59,644 nucleotides of DNA from Pseudomonadales bacterium (GTDB lineage: Bacteria; Pseudomonadota; Gammaproteobacteria; Pseudomonadales; Alcanivoracaceae). Position 1 is the first letter of the stretch. Every line of letters begins with the position of its first letter. Made by a program: the position numbers and the translations under genes. This document shows, piece by piece, positions 30,286 to 39,232 of this stretch. The notes under the pieces are model-generated. The model was not told where the DNA came from. It did not search any database and saw only the letters and a list, made by a program, of their open reading frames with translations. The DNA lies in the NCBI GenBank assembly GCA_022360555.1, contig JAKSCQ010000179.1, forward strand, positions 1 through 59,644, written 5' to 3'.

Positions 30286-30924
30286 ATGCCTGCCCTGTTG
30301 CAGAAGCTTCACCATATCCTCAACACCACCCGTACGGTGGACTTTCTTGGCCCCCTGTTGCTGCGCTTGTTCCTTGCGCCGGTGATGATCAGTGCCGGCT
30401 ACAACAAGATGATGAGCTTCGACAGCACCGTGGCCTGGTTCGGGAACCCGGATTGGGGGCTGGGACTGCCGTTTCCCGCCATGCTGGCCTTTCTGGCCAC
30501 GGCCACGGAACTGGTGGGCGGGATTTTGCTGTTGATCGGACTGTTGACCCGCTATGTCGCCGTACCGCTGATGATCACCATGCTGGTGGCCATGGCCACG
30601 GTGCATTGGCAGCACGGCTGGTTCGCCATCGCGCCTGCCAGCGCCGAAACCAGTATGGCCAAGCCCTTGGCACTGGTTGGGATTCCCGGCGCCGAGGCCA
30701 GCCTGGAGAACAGCGAGGAAGTGGGCAAGCGTCTGGAAAAGGCCCGCAGCCTTCTGCGGGAACACGGCCACTATGACTGGCTGACGGAAAAGGGCGGCTT
30801 TGTGGTGCTCAACAACGGTATCGAGTTCGCCGCCACCTATTTCATCATGCTGCTGGTGCTGTTTTTCCAGGGGGCAGGGCGTTATGTCAGCCTGGACTAC
30901 TGGGTTGCCAGAAGGCTGGCCTGA
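30286..30924 (+). CDS. DoxX family membrane protein
   Basis: LLLRLFLA, GLPFP, ELVGG, NGIEF, GAGRYVSLD. Confidence 0.88.
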   Translation: MPALLQKLHHILNTTRTVDFLGPLLLRLFLAPVMISAGYNKMMSFDSTVAWFGNPDWGLGLPFPAMLAFLATATELVGGILLLIGLLTRYVAVPLMITMLVAMATVHWQHGWFAIAPASAETSMAKPLALVGIPGAEASLENSEEVGKRLEKARSLLREHGHYDWLTEKGGFVVLNNGIEFAATYFIMLLVLFFQGAGRYVSLDYWVARRLA

Positions 30925-31099
30925 ATATCTCCCCAGGCGTGCTTCCTGGCGGAAAACCCGCCGTTGGCGCTTTGCTGGCAAAGCGAAGGCGCCTTCACTG
31001 TGTAAAATTGGTGCCGATTGCGTAACGGTTTGCCCGCCCCCTGTTCGTGGTCGCCCTGGCGCCGCTATAATGCGGCGTCACTTATCAACCGGGGTTGCT

Positions 31100-31879
31100 G
31101 TGCGCTATCTGTTTCTGAGTCTGCTGCTGTCTCTTCCTGTCCTGGTCATGGGGGCCGAGGACGAGGATTGGGGTGAAGCCACCACGGTATTCGACACCCC
31201 GGAGAGCCAGTCGCAGTACGACGACCCCTGGGAAGATTTCAACCGCAAGGTTTTTGCCTTCAACGAGACCCTCGACAAGTACGCCCTCAAACCCACCGCC
31301 AAGGGCTACCGCAAGGTCACTCCCCAGTGGATGGACGACACCATCACCCGCTTTTATGAAAACCTGCGGGATTTTCGTAGCGGCCTGAACAGTGTGCTGC
31401 AGTGGCGTTGGGGCCATGTGGGACAGAACTGGGGGCGGTTTGCGGTCAACAGCACCCTGGGTATCGGTGGCCTGTTCGATGTGGCCAGCAAGGTCAATCT
31501 GGAGAAGCACGATACCGACCTGGCCCTGACGTTCGCCCGCTGGGGCATCCCGGAGGGGAACTATCTGGTGCTACCGTTCTTCGGCCCCTCCACCGGCCGG
31601 GATGCGGCGGCGATCATCCCGGAAGACTTCATGCGCCTGCGCCACTACATCGACCACGACCTGACCCGCCACAGTTTTACCGCGGTATACGTGGTGGACC
31701 TGCGCGCTGATCTGCTGGATCTGGAGCGAAACATCGTCGGCGACCGTTACACCTTTATCCGCAATGCCTACCTGCAACGTCGTCGCTTCGAAAGCGGCGA
31801 CCGCCCATCCCTGCGTTTCCCGGAGATCGAACAGCGCGACAGGGAGTTGGAGGAGGAGTATGAGGAAGAGGGGTGGTGA
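31100..31879 (+). CDS. mlaA: MlaA/VacJ family protein
   Basis: DPWEDFNRKVFAFN, RFAVNSTLGIGGLFD, LPFFGPSTGRD; GTG start. Confidence 0.88.
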   Translation: MRYLFLSLLLSLPVLVMGAEDEDWGEATTVFDTPESQSQYDDPWEDFNRKVFAFNETLDKYALKPTAKGYRKVTPQWMDDTITRFYENLRDFRSGLNSVLQWRWGHVGQNWGRFAVNSTLGIGGLFDVASKVNLEKHDTDLALTFARWGIPEGNYLVLPFFGPSTGRDAAAIIPEDFMRLRHYIDHDLTRHSFTAVYVVDLRADLLDLERNIVGDRYTFIRNAYLQRRRFESGDRPSLRFPEIEQRDRELEEEYEEEGW

Positions 31880-31881
31880 AG

Positions 31882-32048
31882 GTAGTTGGCAGTTGATAGT
31901 GGACAGTTGACAGCTACGCGGGCCCAGGGGGCTTGTAGCGGAAACGCAAGAGGCCGCGCTCAGAGTATGTGCGCGGCCTCTTGCGTTTCAGTTTAAAACT
32001 GATCATTTAACGCGAGCTGTCAACTGTCCACTATCAACTGTCAACTGC
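31882..32048. repeat. 34-bp heptamer-based inverted repeat enclosing a perfect 19-bp hairpin, between convergent genes
   Basis: Arms 31882-31915 and 32015-32048 match at 32/34; inner stem 31941-31959 / 31971-31989. Confidence 0.8.
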
Positions 32049-32471
32049 TTTCAGTTTGGCCCGTATATAGTCCCCATGCGACACATACAGCAGGTCGTTG
32101 ACGCGGCGGATGATGTGTTCTTCCAGGGGATCGACGTTGCCGTCGGCGGCGGCGATGGCCCACATGTCTTCAATCAGGCTGACCCGGGTTTCCGGGTCCC
32201 AGTGTTCGCGCAGGGGCAGGGTGAATTCGAACAGGTCAGTGGCCTGGTTCAGTCGTTCTTCCAGTTCACCCACAATATCCGCCATTTCCACCGGGTCCAG
32301 ATGCCAGCGCTGTTGAACGGCCTCCACCAGGCGCTGGCTCTCGGCCTCATCCACATTGCCGTCAGATCGTGCCACCTCCAGCATCAGCGCTGCCGCAGCC
32401 CGGTGCAGGTCGTGTTCCGTTGTTTGGGGTTGTTCGGTGTCGGAGCCGAACAGTTGTTTCAGCCAGTTCAA
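32034..32471 (-). CDS. TerB family (tellurite-resistance-like) protein
   Basis: AALMLEVARSDG, DLFEFT, AAADG...EEHIIRRV.DLL; probable TTG start. Confidence 0.85.
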   Translation of the reverse strand: MNWLKQLFGSDTEQPQTTEHDLHRAAAALMLEVARSDGNVDEAESQRLVEAVQQRWHLDPVEMADIVGELEERLNQATDLFEFTLPLREHWDPETRVSLIEDMWAIAAADGNVDPLEEHIIRRVNDLLYVSHGDYIRAKLKAVDS

Positions 32472-32472
32472 A

Positions 32473-33417
32473 TCACACCTTTTCGTTGAGCAACGTTTCC
32501 AGAGCCTGCTGGTCTTTGGCAAAGCGGCGAATGCCGTCGGCAAGCAGATCACAGGCCATGGCGTCGTCGTTCATGTTCCAGCGGAACAGGGGTTCGCTGA
32601 CGGGTGCCCAGCCGTCTTCCGGGGCGATCAGTTCCGCATCCAGTGTCCGGGTGAGACTGCCGTCACGGCCGGCCAGTTCCTCAAGCAGGGCTGGGCTGAT
32701 GGTGAGCTTGTCACAACCGGCCAGGGCTTCGATTTGGTCGGCATTGCGGAAACTGGCGCCCATGACGATGGTTTCCAGGCCGCGGGCCTTGAAGGTGCGG
32801 TAGATCTGCCGCACGGACTGAACCCCCGGGTCATCGTCCGGCGTGTGGATTTCCATGCCCTGTTTGCGGTGCCAGTCGTAAATGCGGCCGACGAACGGCG
32901 AGATCAGGGTGGCGCCGGCTTCGGCGGCAGCCAGGGCCTGGGTCTGATTGAACACCAGCGTTACGTTGCAACGGGTGCCTTCCTCTTCCAGGGTCTCCAC
33001 AGCGCGGATGCCTTCCCAGGTGGCGGCTACCTTGATGAGGATGCGTGACGGGTCCACATCCAGTTCCCGGTAGATCGCCATCAGCCGGCGGGCCTTTTCG
33101 ATGGTAGCGCGGGTGTCGAAGGACAGGCGGGCATCCACTTCGGTGGACACCAGGCCCGGCACCCGCTCAAGAATAGCCTGGCCGGCCAGGCAGGCGCAGG
33201 TGTCGGTGAGCCAGTCAATCTCGCCATCGTGGCCGAGGGTTCGTGTCAGGTCGGCGGCCAGCTCCAGCAGGTGGCGATAACGCTCGTCGCGGGCGGCGGC
33301 CAGCAGCAGGGACGGGTTGGTTGTGGCGTCTTCCGGCGCCAGGCTGGCAATCATGTCCAGGTCGCCGGTATCGGCCACCAGGGAGGTCCATTGGGCGAGC
33401 TGTTCGCGTTTATTCAC
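32473..33417 (-). CDS. tal: Transaldolase
   Basis: VADTGD, DATTNPSL, STEVDARLS, LIKVAATWEG, ISPFVGRI, MGASFR. Confidence 0.95.
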   Translation of the reverse strand: MNKREQLAQWTSLVADTGDLDMIASLAPEDATTNPSLLLAAARDERYRHLLELAADLTRTLGHDGEIDWLTDTCACLAGQAILERVPGLVSTEVDARLSFDTRATIEKARRLMAIYRELDVDPSRILIKVAATWEGIRAVETLEEEGTRCNVTLVFNQTQALAAAEAGATLISPFVGRIYDWHRKQGMEIHTPDDDPGVQSVRQIYRTFKARGLETIVMGASFRNADQIEALAGCDKLTISPALLEELAGRDGSLTRTLDAELIAPEDGWAPVSEPLFRWNMNDDAMACDLLADGIRRFAKDQQALETLLNEKV

Positions 33418-33579
33418 GGTTTCCGTTCCTTTCTGAGTCATGGCGGGCGACAGGGTAGAGGCCAACTATGACAGGGGCTTTTCTGTGCCGCGGGAGCGGC
33501 GCTTAACTCCCAAGTCACTCGAAGCTGTGTTATTCGCGGCCCAAGCGCCGCTCCTGCGGAGATATATCGTGCCTACAGG

Positions 33580-34599
33580 CTAAGGCAGTTGCGCCAGAGC
33601 GTCCATTAGCACCTGGGGCGTTGTGTCCGTCCTGTGCATGTTTTCGCTGAGGTGGCGACGGAATTTTCTTGCCCCGGGCTCGCCCTGAAACAGATTGAGG
33701 ATATGCCGCAGGGCGTGCCTGGGGGCATGGCCCTGGGCATAGCGGCGCTCCACATAGGGAAGAAACTGCTCGGCCACCTCCCGGCGGGTGGGGACGGGGT
33801 GATCATCGCCGAACACGATACGGTCGGCCTCGGCCAGAAACCAGGGATTCTGGTAGGCTTCGCGGCCGATCATCACGCCGTCCACCTCGCCCAGGTGATC
33901 GTGGACTTCCTGCAGGGTTTTCACGCCACCGTTGAGAATGATCTCCATATGCGGGAAGGCCTGCTTGATGGCATAGGCGCGCTGGTAGATCAGTGGCGGA
34001 ATCTCGCGGTTTTCCTTGGGCGACAGGCCGGAGAGGATGGCCTTGCGGGCATGGATGGTCAGACTGGTGCAGCCGGCCTGTTCCATGCGTGCCACAAAGC
34101 GATAAAGGAAGTCGTAGTCGTCCTGGTCATCAATGCCGATGCGGGTTTTGACGGTCACCGGTACAGTGACGGCAGCCTGCATGGCTTCCACACATTCACC
34201 CACCAGGTCCGGCTCGGCCATCAGCACCGCGCCGATCTTGCCCTGTTGTACCCGGTCCGACGGGCAGCCCACATTCAGGTTGATTTCGTCGTAGCCGTAT
34301 TGCTCGCTGATCCGGGCCGCTTCCGCCAGGCTGGCGGGCTCACTGCCGCCAAGCTGCAGGGCCACGGGGTGTTCCTCGTCGCTGAAGGCCAGAAAACGGT
34401 CACGGTCACCGCGGAGAATGGCCTGGGCGACCACCATCGCGGTGTAGAGCAGGGTGTGGCGGCTGATCAGGCGGGCCAGGTACCTGAACGCGGGGGTTGT
34501 CCATTCCATCATTGGAGCTACGCTTAACCTTCTATCCAGCGTATTTGCTGCAATCCCGCGTGTTTTCTGCGTTTTATCCTGTTCTGCGGTCTCTTCCAT
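33580..34599 (-). CDS. dusA: tRNA-dihydrouridine(20/20a) synthase DusA, 5' end probably phage-supplied
   Basis: SVAPMM, LQLGG, NLNVGCPS, TVKTRIG, HARKA, GLSPKENR; the 5' codons are AT-rich unlike the rest; start uncertain. Confidence 0.92.
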   Translation of the reverse strand: MEETAEQDKTQKTRGIAANTLDRRLSVAPMMEWTTPAFRYLARLISRHTLLYTAMVVAQAILRGDRDRFLAFSDEEHPVALQLGGSEPASLAEAARISEQYGYDEINLNVGCPSDRVQQGKIGAVLMAEPDLVGECVEAMQAAVTVPVTVKTRIGIDDQDDYDFLYRFVARMEQAGCTSLTIHARKAILSGLSPKENREIPPLIYQRAYAIKQAFPHMEIILNGGVKTLQEVHDHLGEVDGVMIGREAYQNPWFLAEADRIVFGDDHPVPTRREVAEQFLPYVERRYAQGHAPRHALRHILNLFQGEPGARKFRRHLSENMHRTDTTPQVLMDALAQLP

Positions 34600-34600
34600 A

Positions 34601-34690
34601 CTGCACTATTCTTGCCTTTTTTGCACCATTCTGTGCTATTTTGCACCCTTCGTTGCACCGTATTTGCACCATGCTTTTTGGCTGGGTGCA
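34601..34690. repeat. TTGCACC repeats, probable integrase arm-type sites
   Basis: Copies at 34621, 34641, 34653, 34664, a variant CTGCACT at 34601 and an inverted GGTGCA at about 34685. Confidence 0.6.
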
Positions 34691-34710
34691 GAGTGGGGAG
34701 AGGGTGATTA

Positions 34711-35832
34711 ATGGGCACTATTGTCGCACGCAAGAATGCAAAAGGAGAAATTCGGTACCGGGCCCAGGTGCGCGTGATGCGCGGTGGGAAGCGGCTGCGG
34801 GCTGAATCCAGGACGTTCAGTCGGAAGCAGTTGGCGAAGGAGTGGATTCGCCGGCGCGAGGCGGAGCTGGAGGTAGGTGGGGATGCTGAGTTGCCGGAGG
34901 GGGCGGATATGTCTCTGCGGGAGGGTATTCATATCTACCTGGCTGCCGTGGGGCACAATTTTGGGCGGAGCAAAAATGCGGCGCTGCGGGCGCTTGCTGA
35001 GATGCCGATTGCTGAGAAGCGTGTGATTGACCTGGTGCCCCGGGATTTCATTGAGCATGTTCACTGGCGGCGGTCGCAGCCACCCACACAATTTCATCCT
35101 CGAGGGGTTGGGCCGGCGACGCTGAATGGTGATTTGATCTTCTTGCGGCTGGTGGTGCGTTATCTGCAGCATGCCTACGGGTTGCCGATTTCCGTGACGG
35201 TGGTGGCAGAAGCTGTGGATGCGCTGCGGGCGGTGAGGCTGATTGATAAAGGTGACCAGCGAGAGCGGCGGCCGGAGGCTGATGAACTGCGGAGCCTGGA
35301 TGCTTATCTCTTCGGGCGGTGGCGGTCTGGCCGAATGTCGGTACCCATGTGGCATTTGATGTGGTTGGCGATCTACAGCGGTCGGCGGCGGGATGAGCTG
35401 TCGCGGATACCGCGGCGGGGCCTTGACCGGGCACATGGTGTGTATGTGATAGAGGGTGGTATCAAGAATCCTGCTGGGCGCGTGGACCGTGATGTGGAGG
35501 CGGTTTTGCCGGCGGCTGGGTGGGCCGTGGTAGAGCGCATCCTGGCTGATTTTCCAGGGGATGATGGGCCGCTGCTGGAGTTTAACCCGAAGTCGGCAGG
35601 TACCCGGTGGAAGAATGCTTGCAATAGTTTGGAGATTGCGGATCTACGGTTTCACGATCTGCGCCATGAGGCCCTGTCACGGTTGGGGGAAGATGGTCTG
35701 ACAGTGCCGCAGATCCAGCAGGTGAGCTTGCACCAAAGCTGGGACAGCCTGCGCCGGTATGTGAACATGCCGGCGCGGCGGGGTGAGCGGGTGGAGTTTA
35801 TGGATTCTGTTGGTGTGAAGGGGGAATTGTGA
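34711..35832 (+). CDS. int: Tyrosine recombinase, dusA-associated integrase
   Basis: YRAQVR arm-binding N-terminus, SGRRRDEL (R), K, FHDLRHEA (HxxR), LH, RRY. Confidence 0.93.
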   Translation: MGTIVARKNAKGEIRYRAQVRVMRGGKRLRAESRTFSRKQLAKEWIRRREAELEVGGDAELPEGADMSLREGIHIYLAAVGHNFGRSKNAALRALAEMPIAEKRVIDLVPRDFIEHVHWRRSQPPTQFHPRGVGPATLNGDLIFLRLVVRYLQHAYGLPISVTVVAEAVDALRAVRLIDKGDQRERRPEADELRSLDAYLFGRWRSGRMSVPMWHLMWLAIYSGRRRDELSRIPRRGLDRAHGVYVIEGGIKNPAGRVDRDVEAVLPAAGWAVVERILADFPGDDGPLLEFNPKSAGTRWKNACNSLEIADLRFHDLRHEALSRLGEDGLTVPQIQQVSLHQSWDSLRRYVNMPARRGERVEFMDSVGVKGEL

Positions 35833-36359
35833 CTGTTTGGGATGCGGTTGAGCCGGTGCTTACGTTGGGCTTGTCGGTTTCTTCATTGGTGGTAGCTTCC
35901 ATCGCATTAAACGAATCCGCGCGGAATGGTGAGGCGCAGAGGAGGCATAATCGGCTTAGTGTAAGGCCGATTTTGCATGTAACCACAAGGTGGCATGCCG
36001 GCAGAGGCGGTGTTAGTTATTCGGTTGAAAACAACGGGGTGGGGCCAGCTATACTCACAGACATTAAAATTTATTCTGGTGATTCCAAGGGGCTTGGTGG
36101 TGTTGATTATCCGCTTCTTATAATCAGTAGATTGATGCCTGAAGGTTGGCAAGATCATGTGACTTCGAGCATAACGCGATTTGATGGCGCTTACACGATA
36201 CCAGCGGGTACCAGTGTGGAGTTATTCGGTCTTACTATTGATGAAGATCACATTTCCAAATTCTACCCTTCTCTTAGAAGGGCGTTTGATAAAACCTTCT
36301 ACCCTGTTCTTACCTACGAAAACATCTATGGTGATAGCGAGACTGTCATCAACCCTTAA
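35829..36359 (+). CDS. Hypothetical membrane-anchored protein (moron-like)
   Basis: GTGA overlap with int, N-terminal hydrophobic helix, lower GC. Confidence 0.65.
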   Translation: MTVWDAVEPVLTLGLSVSSLVVASIALNESARNGEAQRRHNRLSVRPILHVTTRWHAGRGGVSYSVENNGVGPAILTDIKIYSGDSKGLGGVDYPLLIISRLMPEGWQDHVTSSITRFDGAYTIPAGTSVELFGLTIDEDHISKFYPSLRRAFDKTFYPVLTYENIYGDSETVINP

Positions 36360-36376
36360 TTATACCGCTCCCTCCA

Positions 36377-37297
36377 TTAGGGTTTTATCATAGCTGTTGA
36401 AGGAAATAAGCTGGCCTGAACTTCTTTGCCTGGTGACACCCAAAGACATTCAGTGCGGCTCACAGAGCCGAAGCGGCTTGACCCGGTTGTGCCTAAACGG
36501 TGGCAAGCCCAGCCCGAGAGCAGGTCTTTATAAAGCTCGGAATCGTAGCCGCTGAGTACAACGGTGCCCTGTAGCTGAAGCAATTCATTCAGCAGGGTTG
36601 CGTGATCCTGCGGTGTCAGCTCGTGCCGGTAGTAGCGCCCTCCATCGAATGTGCGGGTTTCCGGCAGGTATGGTGGATCGACGTAATGCAAGGTGTCGGG
36701 GGTGTCATGTTGTTTCATGACATCAATGGCTGGTCGATTCTCGATGACGACCCCAGCCAGCCGCTTTGTGAATACAGGGATGGCGTCAGCCAGCCGCTTT
36801 GTGAATACAGGGATGGCGTCAGCCAGCCGCTTTGTGAATACAGGGATGGCGTCAGCCAGCCGTAGCCAGGCCCCGGCTACCGGGGTGTAGCGTTTGTCGG
36901 GCTTGGTGAAGGTGCGCATGCCAGTGCGGCCACGGGTGGCGCCTGCTGATCCGAAACTGGACCAGGCGCGAAACAGGGTGCGGCGTGCTTGTTCTACAGG
37001 ATCGTCACTGGGCTCTTGAGCCAAGTCAAACTCTGCCCGTGCATAGGGTGTGAGCAGGCAGGCATCCCGCAATTGGTTTGCCTGCTGCTGATCGCGCAAC
37101 ACGCGGAATACATTCACTATCTCCCCGTCCATATGGTTATAGACCTCGGCCCGGGATCTGGTTTTGCGAAGCAAGACACCCGCTGCGCCGCCGAATGGTT
37201 CAACATAAACTGCGTGGGGCGGAAAGTGGCTGGTTACCCAGTCCGCGATTTTCCATTTGCCGCCGTGGTAGCGCAGGATGGGGCAGGGAGCGGTCAT
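36377..37297 (-). CDS. DNA adenine methyltransferase (D12/Dam-like class)
   Basis: RYHGGK, VEPFGGAAGV, YVDPPY, LSGY; contains an 11-aa triplication. Confidence 0.88.
   Translation of the reverse strand: MTAPCPILRYHGGKWKIADWVTSHFPPHAVYVEPFGGAAGVLLRKTRSRAEVYNHMDGEIVNVFRVLRDQQQANQLRDACLLTPYARAEFDLAQEPSDDPVEQARRTLFRAWSSFGSAGATRGRTGMRTFTKPDKRYTPVAGAWLRLADAIPVFTKRLADAIPVFTKRLADAIPVFTKRLAGVVIENRPAIDVMKQHDTPDTLHYVDPPYLPETRTFDGGRYYRHELTPQDHATLLNELLQLQGTVVLSGYDSELYKDLLSGWACHRLGTTGSSRFGSVSRTECLWVSPGKEVQASLFPSTAMIKP
36754..36862. repeat. Perfect 33-bp tandem repeat, 3.3 copies, in frame in the MTase
   Basis: Unit CAGCCAGCCGCTTTGTGAATACAGGGATGGCGT, encoding RLADAIPVFTK on the minus strand. Confidence 0.95.
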
Positions 37298-38718
37298 GCT
37301 GCTGCCTCCATTGATTGAACCATATTTTCCTCCACCAGTGCCCGGGACGGGTAGGGTGAGACGCTGTTGCCGCACATCTTCACCTGGTCGGCCTTGGTGA
37401 GGCGGGTGCCGTCGAAGGTGTGGCTGTGGATGTAGTCGGGCGGGAAGCCCTGGCCTGCGAACAGTTCGTGGGGCTGCAGCATGCGCATGCCGATATCCAC
37501 GATCTGGTAGGGCTCGCCTTTCACCATGACCAGGCCGAGCCGGTCTTTGGTGGGGATGGTGTGCAAGGGCTCCTTGAGGGCCTGCCACTGGCCGCCTTCG
37601 CTGTAGTACTTCATCAGGAAGGCGTGGACCATGGCGGCCTTGCCGCCACCGCCGGCGGTGATCGTACCCAGTGGCTCCCGGATGTCACTGCCCACGCTGT
37701 TGCCGAAGTCTCGCTGGATTTGTGCTGTGACCAGGCTGTGGTGGTCCACTGTGGTGACGGTGCCCAGGGGCTTGCGCAGGTCGGTACCGACGACGCCGGT
37801 GTAGTGCTTGGCAAGGAAAGCCTGAACCAGGGCGTAGCCATTTCGGCTGGTAATGGTCTGAAGCGGGTCAGAGATCTGCTGGCCCCGAAAATAGTTGTAG
37901 CCATGGTTGGTTTTGATGATGAACGGATCAGGGTGCTCGACCACAAACCGACGGATGCCCTCGGCGATCCGGCGGCAGGTGGCGTCGGCCAGCGGGCGCT
38001 TGCGCTCGAATATGCTGGGGCAGGGCAGGCTCCAGTCGATGATGTCTGCCGCGGTGCGGTAGGGCTTCAGGCCCGGGCCGTGGGTGGGGGCCGGCCAGAC
38101 GATGGGCTGGCCGTCACACCGGGCGACCAGGAACAGCCGTTTGCGGATGGTCGGGGCGCCGTAGTCGCAGGCGCGCAGTTCTTTCCATTCTACTTGGTAC
38201 CCGTGACGTTTCAGGGCGTTCACGAAGCTGCGGAAGGTGTGGCCCTTGCGCTTGGGGCAGGGCAGGTGGATCACGCCGTCAGGGGTCTTTTTCTTGATCA
38301 CGGGGCCCCAGGTAACGAACTCTTCCACGTTCTCGAGCATGATCACCCGGGGCTTCACGGTACCCACCCAGCGCATCACTACCCAAGCCAGTCCGCGAAC
38401 CTGTGGGGAAATCGGCTTGCTGCCCTTCGCCTTGCTGAAGTGGCGGCAATCCGGGCTGAACCAGGCGAGTCCCACCGGCCGGCCCTGGGTCACCTCGCGC
38501 GGGTCCACATCCCACACGGATTCGCAGTAGTGCCGGGTGTGGGGGTGGTTGGTTTCGTGCATGGCCAGTGCCACCGGGTTGTGGTTGATGGCGATGTCCA
38601 CGGGTCGGCCAAGGGCCTGCTCGATGCCGGTGCTGGCACCACCGCCGCCGGCGAAGTTATCCACGACCAGTTCATCGAAGTTGAAGCCGGCCTGGGGGTG
38701 GGTGCGGAAGTGGTTCAC
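37294..38718 (-). CDS. DNA cytosine-5 methyltransferase
   Basis: FAGGGG, SPDC, ENV, RKRLF, GNSV. Confidence 0.92.
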   Translation of the reverse strand: MNHFRTHPQAGFNFDELVVDNFAGGGGASTGIEQALGRPVDIAINHNPVALAMHETNHPHTRHYCESVWDVDPREVTQGRPVGLAWFSPDCRHFSKAKGSKPISPQVRGLAWVVMRWVGTVKPRVIMLENVEEFVTWGPVIKKKTPDGVIHLPCPKRKGHTFRSFVNALKRHGYQVEWKELRACDYGAPTIRKRLFLVARCDGQPIVWPAPTHGPGLKPYRTAADIIDWSLPCPSIFERKRPLADATCRRIAEGIRRFVVEHPDPFIIKTNHGYNYFRGQQISDPLQTITSRNGYALVQAFLAKHYTGVVGTDLRKPLGTVTTVDHHSLVTAQIQRDFGNSVGSDIREPLGTITAGGGGKAAMVHAFLMKYYSEGGQWQALKEPLHTIPTKDRLGLVMVKGEPYQIVDIGMRMLQPHELFAGQGFPPDYIHSHTFDGTRLTKADQVKMCGNSVSPYPSRALVEENMVQSMEAAA

Positions 38719-38975
38719 GAGTTGTTCCCCTTGTTATTGCTTTGAGGGGAGAGGTATGAATCCAGTGCTTCCTGGGCTTCTTTTGCTTGGCGGTGCGCGT
38801 TGGCAGCTCGCTTTTCAAGGCGCCAAAGTGTGACGACCTCTCGGAGGTAGCCGCCAGGGGAGTCCCCGCCATCCGCTTCTATCTCAAGTCTTTTGGCAAG
38901 CTCATCGGTGAAGTCTTCGTTTTCCGACAGAAATCGAAGGACTTGATGAGGGTAGATTTTATCACTCATAGTCAT
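38715..38975 (-). CDS. Hypothetical phage protein
   Basis: Coupled to both neighbours; start at MTMSDK. Confidence 0.6.
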   Translation of the reverse strand: MTMSDKIYPHQVLRFLSENEDFTDELAKRLEIEADGGDSPGGYLREVVTLWRLEKRAANAHRQAKEAQEALDSYLSPQSNNKGNNS

Positions 38976-39232
38976 TATCTCAGCTTGATCACTTGAAACC
39001 CTGCATCGGTCACCACCCAGTCCAGCTCTGCCAGCGTGTCGTTGGCGGTTTGGGCGGCGATGGGTAGCAGGTCGTAGAGGTCGCAGCGTTGGTTGTGGCG
39101 GATGTCTTGCTGCCATTTTTCTTTGCCATCGGTGGCGTACACGCGGATGAGCCATTTGCTGGGGCCGAGTCCGCGTGCACGCGGATGGATATGCGGTTCG
39201 TCGTTGTGCACGGAGTAGGTGGCAACGATCAT
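38975..39232 (-). CDS. Hypothetical phage protein
   Basis: GGGAGG RBS; start overlaps the RT stop. Confidence 0.6.
   Translation of the reverse strand: MIVATYSVHNDEPHIHPRARGLGPSKWLIRVYATDGKEKWQQDIRHNQRCDLYDLLPIAAQTANDTLAELDWVVTDAGFQVIKLR

Noticed and set aside
36754-36862. 33-bp repeats as a possible CRISPR array
   Set aside because: Units are directly adjacent with no spacers, lie in frame in a gene, and there are no cas genes.
36377-38718. The two MTases as a restriction-modification system
   Set aside because: No cognate endonuclease nearby; typical orphan phage MTases.
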